Assembly: GCF_037042905.1 (NCBI RefSeq)
Contig: NC_087252.1
Coordinates: forward strand, 2,730,001 to 2,794,000
DNA: 64,000 nt
DNA from: Lytechinus pictus
Taxonomy: Eukaryota
Direction of reading: 5' to 3'
Program-made: the position numbers and the translations under genes
Notes under the pieces: model-generated
The model's database searches: none
Told to the model about the DNA's origin: nothing
What the model saw: only the letters and a program-made list of their open reading frames with translations
In this document: in pieces, positions 53,643 to 64,000 of the stretch
How positions within the stretch are numbered: the stretch's first letter is position 1
Layout of the letters: each line of letters starts with the position of its first letter

Positions 53643-54931
53643 AGAGACTGCCTGCAAACAAGTCGGACTTTTCGCTCAACGACGGAGACGGACCTCGGCG
53701 ACGCTGTAGTTGATTTTGGAAGAGACTCGTGGCCCCGTCGTCCAGCATTGCAAGTTCTGTGATATTATATATTTTTTTACATTTTGCATCCACAACGGAA
53801 ACATTCAATCTGCAGTTCGTGTGTAAAATTCTAGTTGCTACTATGGTAGCAAAATGTTAATCTTGACAAAAATAATACCAATTTGGGGAAACAATCAATT
53901 TCATTTTCTGGTCCTACTTGGAATCATCAGCCAAGTAATATTAGAAACACCCCCAGTCGTAAGATATTTAGCAAATCGTTAAAAATAATGCTACTGGAAG
54001 ATTATAATTAATTTGGTATGGTAACATACTGCCTCAAAACAAATAATTCTATATAAAGATTTGTGAATAAGTAAGATATTTTTTCTTGTAAATAGTGTAA
54101 ATATGTTCACTGAAAATGATCGAAATTTTCTGCAACAGTAATAAGTAGAATTAGTCCTGAATTTGATGTACAATATTGAGATTTAGTTAAATTTATTGTT
54201 TAAACTATGATGACATTATTTGGGGCTAACCTCGATTAGCATCTTGCTATTACGTTTATAGCTCCAATTACCAAATGTTTTGTTTTTATGTGATGTACTA
54301 TTCCTTGTAATTGTACCTGACAGTGATATTTTGTAATAAATTCAATTCAATTCATTTCAATGGTAACAATGGCAACTCCGATTTGGGAGGATAGGCGGGA
54401 GCCACAAGTGTGCCGTCCTGACGCTCGAGCTAGCTGTGGAAGCAACAGCCAATCATCGCGCCTGTACCTTAAAAGCACTTGTGTTAAAATTTCGCCCTAG
54501 AACTAGAGATCTACAATCTAAATAAAACTGTACGTTAAAGAATGATTAAAGTAATGAATTTAACGGATGTCATAAATCTCCGCTTTAATTCATTGAGTTT
54601 TTTTTAGTCTTTATCAAAATACTAGCATTTGCTTGAAGTTAAGCACTTGCTCTTACTACCATGGCTAGTGGCAAAGCATTTCATGAGATCCATGTACGGC
54701 AAGACCCTGGCCGGCTGTAATGGTTAAACCTGAGCTGATTAGACAGATGGATGGTAGCCCTGGCAGAGGGTGTATGAGGCTTGCTTTTTTGGTAATAATT
54801 ATGAAATATGATGAAAAATGAAAAATCTAAATTTTATTGTTAATTCGAAATAGAAACGTGATATATTCCGAAAATTCATTTTGCCCAATCGATGGAGGAA
54901 CTTGGATGGTTCCGTTCGATTACGACTCGAG

Positions 54932-55153
54932 CATGGGCGGATCCAGTTTATTCCAAGGGGGCACATTTTTCCAAGGAAAATTTGATAAGGCCCCCCCCCC
55001 CAAAAAAAAAAAGTTTTCATTTTTCTGCTGAGTTTGTCTCTCAAAGGGTAAAAAAGGGCACACTTGTGTATTAACGAATATTGACTGTGACTCTCAAGGG
55101 GGGGGGGGGGGGACACTGGCCGAAAATACCCTCCCCCCTCGGATCCGCCACTG
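54932..55153. mobile_element. hAT-like MITE (duplicated at 61309-61528)
   Basis: CATGGGCGGATCC...GGATCCGCCACTG. Confidence 0.75.
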
Positions 55154-55237
55154 TGTGTGTGCAAAGCTACTCGTGCCATTTGCCATGTACATTACACTTC
55201 TCATGTGTCAGCAAAATGCGTGCAAAGCTACTACTAC

Positions 55238-55391
55238 TATTCATGACGACCGTTTCCACAAAATATTGCTAAACTTTATCTTCAATAACTTTAGTATTTG
55301 TTATCCGATTTTGATGAAATTTTCGGCATTTTGCTCAGTGAATTCTACTCTATGAATTAGGATATAAATATTTTCAGCCCGGACCATCCCT
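55238..55391. mobile_element. Right arm of a family B Kolobok-like MITE (duplicated at ~61613-61766)
   Basis: Matches 48501-48655 and ends CCCGGACCATCCCT|TTAA. Confidence 0.85.
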
Positions 55392-56684
55392 TTAATCCAA
55401 GTTTCGTTATTACCTTGAATATAGTATGTCCGATCGCGTCTTCATTCACTCTTACTAGATTTCGTTTTTTTTTTTCATTTCGGGTCCGTAACTTGCGGGA
55501 CAATACTTAAATTGTTATAAAAAGTGAAGGTTTAAGAAAACTGGGATATCTTTCATCAAACAGTTTAATTTAAAAATATATATATATATATATATATACT
55601 TCACTGACTGCGAGGAAATGAATTGACATATTTTTCTTTTCAATCCATGATCCCATCTTGAAAAGTCACATATTGGGTACATTCCTTTCTATTCTTACAT
55701 CATCTCTCTACATTATTTCTTTGTAAGTATCGCACATACCCTTTCACCAATTTTGTGTGTGTAAAATAGTGGTTTTGTATTTTGTAATACATGAACTTGA
55801 GATTCAAGCTTATGTCGGACAAGTTTTTGTGTGTGTTCTATTTATGATAAATTACATTCAGATGTGATATACATATTGTGTATGTAATAATCTTGACTTA
55901 TATACTGTATTTAAATATTTAGGATGTGACCGCGCATGTATGGACCAATAGGAATACTTGAAGGTTTATGATCTTGTGTATAATTTGCCTAGACCTTTGT
56001 GAAAATTAAGAGTGGAAAAGTGTGGGGGGGGGGGGGGACATGGGAAAATTACAGCTTAGCCGGGTAATAATAATAGCAGGGCCCGCTGGGTGAACAGTTT
56101 TCGAAAATTTTCGCTGTTACCGTTATTAATGTTATTATTATTATTTTTAGTATTATTATTAGCGGTAGCAAATAACCGAAATGAACCCTTTGAAATCTTT
56201 GAAGTTTGGAGATGAAAATAATGCAGTTACATAATTATTCTGTGATAAAAAAATGTCAGAAGGGGATAAAATAACTGCAAAGTGAAACAATATACCTATT
56301 TCAAAATGTCAACGGTATTTGAGGAATTTACAGCAAAATAGGAATGAGTCCAATGTGATATCTCTAGGATTTATGCTCGATAATCTTGGAGTCTTTATCA
56401 CGTTCATGGTGGAATGATCGATTGTATAGTATCGTATTGTAGAATATTTCATTTAGAAGACAACTTATTGCTTCTATCCAGATTATGTTAAATGGAAATG
56501 TCATCCGATAATATGGTCCAGAATGCCGATTATTTAAAATTGATATTTTTCCATGATTATTATCTCTTGAATAAATAATAGAACAAATCAGTTCTTAGAA
56601 AGTGACACTCGCTTTTAAAGTCCATTTTTAACTTCACGTTGTGTTTGGTTAGTTTTTATCATGTTTATTAAAGACTATTTCATT

Positions 56685-56923
56685 CACTGCAAAAACACCA
56701 GTATTGATTTGACACCAGCGTATTTATATCGGAAAACACCAGGGAAGTGTTGAAACACCAGTTAAGAATCAAACTGATACTGGTTTAACACTGAGTATTA
56801 GTGTTATTTAAATGTCTATCTGATGTTAGCCTAAAGCCGAAGTGGTGTTATTGAAACAACTCTCTGGTGTTTTCCTATACAGATCCCAAGTTAGTATCAA
56901 AATAACACCGTAAATTTTGCATG
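56685..56923. mobile_element. Family C MITE copy 4, degenerate (duplicated at 63058-63296)
   Basis: CACTGCAAAAACACCAGT start, colinear with the 47741 copy. Confidence 0.8.
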
Positions 56924-58508
56924 TTTCAAGAAGATATAAAAGTTAATTAACTTTTCATGAAGGATTTATCTCTTATAATAGGGAAAAAAATAATGTCATG
57001 TCTCCGCTTAGCCATTACCCTGATCAGACGCGGTTTCTCGCCCCATTTATTCTGATTCTTCTACTTTTCCCCATCACGCATATGAACTGAGATGGGGAAT
57101 ACTTACGATATCCTCAATTGACAGCCATTTATCAGAGTCCTGCTTGGCTACCTCATCAAGCAAAGTGAAGTAAAAATCATGGATAATTGTTTTGCTCATT
57201 GGCTAATATTCGCCGTCCGTGGCAGGCAAGTCTTCTCGAAAATTACGGTTCAGGTTTGGGTTTGGGACCGATCTTATTAGTATTTTTTTTTTCATTTTTA
57301 GGTCAGACTCGGTCATGTAAAAGATGAAGCAACAGATGATATCGACGTCATTAATATGCATTAGGTGGGCTGATGATGTCATATCCCCACTTGTTCTTTT
57401 GTATTTTACTATATGAAATTAGGTTTATTCAAAAAATTTCTGCCAAGAACAAAAGCAGTTGGATTGACAACTGATTAAGTGCATAAGTTCTTTATTGCTG
57501 CAAATCATTTCATCATAATAGAAACACATCATTTAAAATTTATGAAAAAATGAAATAACATAAGAAAAAGGAAAGTGGGGCCCGATGCGACATCATTGCC
57601 TCATAAAGACATGCCTAGAACGGTTTCATCTGAATGATGCAAATCTTTAAATTCAGTAACTTCATTATTTATTTTTACAAAGAACGATGTGCAAATTTCC
57701 TGTTGAACAATTATGACATTGATGGACTTCCATATATTTGAGGTTGATCGGATCAACCGTAACTCCATGTAATACGTGGCCCTGGTATGGTCAACATCAG
57801 CTAGTTGGTAGAATAAAAATACATACCAAAAGAAAAAAACTAAAACAAGCGCAACACTGAAAGGTTCATAAAAAACTCACAAAGTACTAGTATTAAGTGT
57901 GTATAGGCATAGCAAGAAAATAGCAATCTCATTAGTTTCTAATTCCCCGCAGGACACTTTTAATTGGTATTTGGAAGGTCTTCTTGGCAATCAAAGAACC
58001 TCGTCAATATTTTGAATGTTAGCAAACAACATTTTTTTCCTTTCTTTGGCAAATAATCACTCGAAAATATCTCAAGGAGTAGTGTAGATCTGGACGTTAG
58101 TACTTATTAATTTAGTTCAGAAGACGGTGTGTGTATACTGTGTGGAATGGATATGTAAAGTTTTCCAAACAAATAACTACTAACGCCCAGCTCTAGAATA
58201 CTGAAGTAGCTCTGAAGTAAATTAATTATCTTCAGACTTTACTGTAGATGGTGATGAAAATGATAACAATAATTACATACAATTGTTGAAGTAGAGATAA
58301 TGATGTATGTTTCATTATAGTATGGCGATCCTTAATCTCTGAAGATGATGAGGAGGGGGGGGGGGGACCAAGAGCCTTATAAGTCATGCAACATTCTACA
58401 GGTTCGCCACTCTTCTCTAACAGTTTACTCGGGACTGTCAGAGTTTCCTCAGTGTATATACTTGAATGAATCAACTCTTTCCATTTAGCTGTAAGTTTGC
58501 CAGAGTCC

Positions 58509-58882
58509 AATCTTTTGTGACCATCAAAATCCGTTCGACAACTTCGACCGAGGAGAAATTCGACTCCAACACATATACAAGTTTCGCATAATCCGGTCTA
58601 CAAAACGTCGAATCTTTTGTGACCACCGAAGTCCGTTGGACAACTTCGATCGAGGAGAAATTCGACTCCAACGCATATACGACAAGTTTCGCCTAATCCG
58701 GTCAACAAAACCTTGATTCTTTTGTTACCACCGAAGTCCGTTTGACAACTTCGACCGAGGAGAAATTCGACTCCTACACATATGACAAATTTCGCATAAT
58801 CCGGTCTACAAACGTCGAATCTTTTGTGACCACCGAAGTCCGTTCGACCATTCGACTTTCGAGAATTTCGACTCATATGACA
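58509..58882 (+). repeat. ~103-bp tandem repeat upstream of GPCR copy 2
   Basis: Duplicate of 52117-52490. Confidence 0.92.
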
Positions 58883-58963
58883 TACGCTGTGCATACTGGT
58901 AATCTGCATGAACTACGGTGATAATATTCGACTTCTCGAAGTTTTACTAGCTTACCTGTAGCT

Positions 58964-60019
58964 ATGATTAATAACACGACTGCGATTGCCGAAACGGAAG
59001 TGCCAATACATCCATCATGGTATATTGTGATCGCGTCTTTATTCAGCTTGATCTCAGTCACTGGTCTTGTTGGAAACTGTTTGGTTCTTCTCGCCGTGGT
59101 ACTCTCGGCTAGTCTACAAACCAAGATCAATGCATTTGTTGTTAACCTAGCAGTCTGCGACATGATCACATGCTTGTGCATCCCGAGCCAAGCCGTGGCC
59201 ATCTTGTTTACAAGCGAACTCCCGATACCAGATAGTCTTCCAAACATCGTAGGGATCATCGTAACGGTTTCGCTGGATGGCACGATGCTAACACTCGCGA
59301 TGATCGCTTTCATGAGGTGTGTAAAGATTACACAACCCGCGTCCGTATCCAATAAACTTCACACGAGGTCGAAAATTGCATCTATCATTATCTGTATCTG
59401 GGCCTTACCGGTTACGCTGAACATAACATTCCATTATCTGGGTATATTGCACTTTGGTTATGACCCGGAAACAAAACTTTATCGACTTACTAGTGAAGTT
59501 TCTAGTAAAATTGGACCATTGATTGATGCAACAATTGTAACCATATCTCTTTCCTTCATATCCATTTGTTATATCAAAATAATTCTTCAGCTCAGAGCGC
59601 ACTCAAGAAGGATAATGGCGAACGTAGAGGGAGCTCCACAACGTCAGATGCAGGACATGGGGCATCAACATGATCTTCAAGGAAGCCGGCAAGCTCAGGA
59701 GAATCATGCACCGGCGATGAGGCAAGAACGACGTAACCGAATAAGGGACCACGAGCTTTCCACCACAAAGAACCTGGCACTGGTAACCTTGGTATTCCTC
59801 CTCTGTTTTCTACCCTTTCCCTTCTGCATCAACAGTTTGAACCCATATCTTTACACCGTTGGTCTGTGCTTGGTTTGGAGCAACTCTGCAATGAACCCGC
59901 TGATATACGCTTTCAAACACACCCATTTTCGGACGGTGTTTCGATGCATTTTATCCGGGTCCTTCGATAAGATTCCATATCCATCCCGTCAATTGCGGTC
60001 AATGATGCGACGTCATTGA
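58964..60019 (+). CDS. Intronless class A GPCR copy 2, 351 aa
   Basis: Protein identical to copy 1 except F26L and an in-frame deletion of VCYIA. Confidence 0.93.
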   Translation: MINNTTAIAETEVPIHPSWYIVIASLFSLISVTGLVGNCLVLLAVVLSASLQTKINAFVVNLAVCDMITCLCIPSQAVAILFTSELPIPDSLPNIVGIIVTVSLDGTMLTLAMIAFMRCVKITQPASVSNKLHTRSKIASIIICIWALPVTLNITFHYLGILHFGYDPETKLYRLTSEVSSKIGPLIDATIVTISLSFISICYIKIILQLRAHSRRIMANVEGAPQRQMQDMGHQHDLQGSRQAQENHAPAMRQERRNRIRDHELSTTKNLALVTLVFLLCFLPFPFCINSLNPYLYTVGLCLVWSNSAMNPLIYAFKHTHFRTVFRCILSGSFDKIPYPSRQLRSMMRRH

Positions 60020-63000
60020 AGAGACTGCCTGCAAACAAGTCGGACTTTTCGCTCAACGACGGAGACGGACCTCGGCGACGCTGTAGTTGATTTTGGAAGA
60101 GACTCGTGGCCCCGTCGTCCAGCATTGCAAGTTCTGTGATATTATATATTTTTTTACATTTTGCATCCACAACGGAAACATTCAATCTGCAGTTCGTGTG
60201 TAAAATTCTAGTTGCTACTATGGTAGCAAAATGTTAATCTTGACAAAAATAATACCAATTTGGGGAAACAATCAATTTCATTTTCTGGTCCTACTTGGAA
60301 TCATCAGCCAAGTAATATTAGAAACACCCCCAGTCGTAAGATATTTAGCAAATCGTTAAAAATAATGCTACTGGAAGATTATAATTAATTTGGTATGGTA
60401 ACATACTGCCTCAAAACAAATAATTCTATATAAAGATTTGTGAATAAGTAAGATATTTTTTCTTGTAAATAGTGTAAATATGTTCACTGAAAATGATCGA
60501 AATTTTCTGCAACAGTAATAAGTAGAATTAGTCCTGAATTTGATGTACAATATTGAGATTTAGTTAAATTTATTGTTTAAACTATGATGACATTATTTGG
60601 GGCTAACCTCGATTAGCATCTTGCTATTACGTTTATAGCTCCAATTACCAAATGTTTTGTTTTTATGTGATGTACTATTCCTTGTAATTGTACCTGACAG
60701 TGATATTTTGTAATAAATTCAATTCAATTCATTTCAATGGTAACAATGGCAACTCCGATTTGGGAGGATAGGCGGGAGCCACAAGTGTGCCGTCCTGACG
60801 CTCGAGCTAGCTGTGGAAGCAACAGCCAATCATCGCGCCTGTACCTTAAAAGCACTTGTGTTAAAATTTCGCCCTAGAACTAGAGATCTACAATCTAAAT
60901 AAAACTGTACGTTAAAGAATGATTAAAGTAATGAATTTAACGGATGTCATAAATCTCCGCTTTAATTCATTGAGTTTTTTTTAGTCTTTATCAAAATACT
61001 AGCATTTGCTTGAAGTTAAGCACTTGCTCTTACTACCATGGCTAGTGGCAAAGCATTTCATGAGATCCATGTACGGCAAGACCCTGGCCGGCTGTAATGG
61101 TTAAACCTGAGCTGATTAGACAGATGGATGGTAGCCCTGGCAGAGGGTGTATGAGGCTTGCTTTTTTGGTAATAATTATGAAATATGATGAAAAATGAAA
61201 AATCTAAATTTTATTGTTAATTCGAAATAGAAACGTGATATATTCCGAAAATTCATTTTGCCCAATCGATGGAGGAACTTGGATGGTTCCGTTCGATTAC
61301 GACTCGAGCATGGGCGGATCCAGTTTATTCCAAGGGGGCACATTTTTCCAAGGAAAATTTGATAAGGCCCCCCCCCCAAAAAAAAAAAGTTTTCATTTTT
61401 CTGCTGAGTTTGTCTCTCAAAGGGTAAAAAAGGGCACACTTGTGTATTAACGAATATTGACTGTGACTCTCAAGGGGGGGGGGGGGGACACTGGCCGAAA
61501 ATACCCTCCCCCCTCGGATCCGCCACTGTGTGTGTGCAAAGCTACTCGTGCCATTTGCCATGTACATTACACTTCTCATGTGTCAGCAAAATGCGTGCAA
61601 AGCTACTACTACTATTCATGACGACCGTTTCCACAAAATATTGCTAAACTTTATCTTCAATAACTTTAGTATTTGTTATCCGATTTTGATGAAATTTTCG
61701 GCATTTTGCTCAGTGAATTCTACTCTATGAATTAGGATATAAATATTTTCAGCCCGGACCATCCCTTTAATCCAAGTTTCGTTATTACCTTGAATATAGT
61801 ATGTCCGATCGCGTCTTCATTCACTCTTACTAGATTTCGTTTTTTTTTTTCATTTCGGGTCCGTAACTTGCGGGACAATACTTAAATTGTTATAAAAAGT
61901 GAAGGTTTAAGAAAACTGGGATATCTTTCATCAAACAGTTTAATTTAAAAATATATATATATATATATATATACTTCACTGACTGCGAGGAAATGAATTG
62001 ACATATTTTTCTTTTCAATCCATGATCCCATCTTGAAAAGTCACATATTGGGTACATTCCTTTCTATTCTTACATCATCTCTCTACATTATTTCTTTGTA
62101 AGTATCGCACATACCCTTTCACCAATTTTGTGTGTGTAAAATAGTGGTTTTGTATTTTGTAATACATGAACTTGAGATTCAAGCTTATGTCGGACAAGTT
62201 TTTGTGTGTGTTCTATTTATGATAAATTACATTCAGATGTGATATACATATTGTGTATGTAATAATCTTGACTTATATACTGTATTTAAATATTTAGGAT
62301 GTGACCGCGCATGTATGGACCAATAGGAATACTTGAAGGTTTATGATCTTGTGTATAATTTGCCTAGACCTTTGTGAAAATTAAGAGTGGAAAAGTGTGG
62401 GGGGGGGGGGACATGGGAAAATTACAGCTTAGCCGGGTAATAATAATAGCAGGGCCCGCTGGGTGAACAGTTTTCGAAAATTTTCGCTGTTACCGTTATT
62501 AATGTTATTATTATTATTTTTAGTATTATTATTAGCGGTAGCAAATAACCGAAATGAACCCTTTGAAATCTTTGAAGTTTGGAGATGAAAATAATGCAGT
62601 TACATAATTATTCTGTGATAAAAAAATGTCAGAAGGGGATAAAATAACTGCAAAGTGAAACAATATACCTATTTCAAAATGTCAACGGTATTTGAGGAAT
62701 TTACAGCAAAATAGGAATGAGTCCAATGTGATATCTCTAGGATTTATGCTCGATAATCTTGGAGTCTTTATCACGTTCATGGTGGAATGATCGATTGTAT
62801 AGTATCGTATTGTAGAATATTTCATTTAGAAGACAACTTATTGCTTCTATCCAGATTATGTTAAATGGAAATGTCATCCGATAATATGGTCCAGAATGCC
62901 GATTATTTAAAATTGATATTTTTCCATGATTATTATCTCTTGAATAAATAATAGAACAAATCAGTTCTTAGAAAGTGACACTCGCTTTTAAAGTCCATTT

Positions 63001-64000
63001 TTAACTTCACGTTGTGTTTGGTTAGTTTTTATCATGTTTATTAAAGACTATTTCATTCACTGCAAAAACACCAGTATTGATTTGACACCAGCGTATTTAT
63101 ATCGGAAAACACCAGGGAAGTGTTGAAACACCAGTTAAGAATCAAACTGATACTGGTTTAACACTGAGTATTAGTGTTATTTAAATGTCTATCTGATGTT
63201 AGCCTAAAGCCGAAGTGGTGTTATTGAAACAACTCTCTGGTGTTTTCCTATACAGATCCCAAGTTAGTATCAAAATAACACCGTAAATTTTGCATGTTTC
63301 AAGAAGATATAAAAGTTAATTAACTTTTCATGAAGGATTTATCTCTTATAATAGGGAAAAAAATAATGTCATGTCTCCGCTTAGCCATTACCCTGATCAG
63401 ACGCGGTTTCTCGCCCCATTTATTCTGATTCTTCTACTTTTCCCCATCACGCATATGAACTGAGATGGGGAATACTTACGATATCCTCAATTGACAGCCA
63501 TTTATCAGAGTCCTGCTTGGCTACCTCATCAAGCAAAGTGAAGTAAAAATCATGGATAATTGTTTTGCTCATTGGCTAATATTCGCCGTCCGTGGCAGGC
63601 AAGTCTTCTCGAAAATTACGGTTCAGGTTTGGGTTTGGGACCGATCTTATTAGTATTTTTTTTTTCATTTTTAGGTCAGACTCGGTCATGTAAAAGATGA
63701 AGCAACAGATGATATCGACGTCATTAATATGCATTAGGTGGGCTGATGATGTCATATCCCCACTTGTTCTTTTGTATTTTACTATATGAAATTAGGTTTA
63801 TTCAAAAAATTTCTGCCAAGAACAAAAGCAGTTGGATTGACAACTGATTAAGTGCATAAGTTCTTTATTGCTGCAAATCATTTCATCATAATAGAAACAC
63901 ATCATTTAAAATTTATGAAAAAATGAAATAACATAAGAAAAAGGAAAGTGGGGCCCGATGCGACATCATTGCCTCATAAAGACATGCCTAGAACGGTTTC

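Larger units (their letters stand above)
50543..64000 (+). repeat. Tandem segmental duplication, ~6.4-kb unit (unit 1 ~50543-56979, unit 2 ~56980-63352, unit 3 from ~63353 beyond the window)
   Basis: ATGTCATGTCTCCGCTTAGCC recurs at ~50557, 56993 and 63366; all ORFs and MITEs recur at offsets of 6373-6436. Confidence 0.97.

Noticed and set aside
50929..55391. GPCR captured inside a single split Kolobok-like element
   Set aside because: The upstream fragment (~50929-51240) and the downstream arm (55238-55391) overlap in family B coordinates and no left terminus is present, so they are better explained as two independent remnants.

Overview
AT-rich eukaryotic genomic DNA. The repeat families and the GPCR type suggest an echinoderm, probably a sea urchin (inference). 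Positions 1-50500 contain no confident gene and are filled with non-autonomous DNA transposons (TTAA-flanked Kolobok/T2-like and piggyBac-like, hAT-like, PIF/Harbinger-like, CACTG-ended), tRNA-derived SINEs, 3' LINE remnants (L2, RTE, RTE-X) and microsatellites. Three structures stand out. (1) A 7.2-kb ORF-less foldback element (26320-33553) has ~2.45-kb inverted arms built partly from ~390-bp tandem units, a ~320-bp spacer, and two younger transposons inserted into the right arm only. (2) A head-to-tail dimer of a ~515-bp element (45351-46482) has an internal segment complementary to its joined ends, a DIRS/Crypton-like architecture. (3) A ~6.4-kb tandem segmental duplication runs from ~50543 past the window end. 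Each complete unit carries an intronless class A GPCR gene (356 and 351 aa) that lacks the DRY motif and the TM3-ECL2 disulfide cysteines, with a ~103-bp tandem repeat just upstream of the ATG. Superfamily labels rest on terminal sequences and target-site duplications (TSDs) read by eye, not on database searches, and the boundaries of degenerate repeats are approximate.
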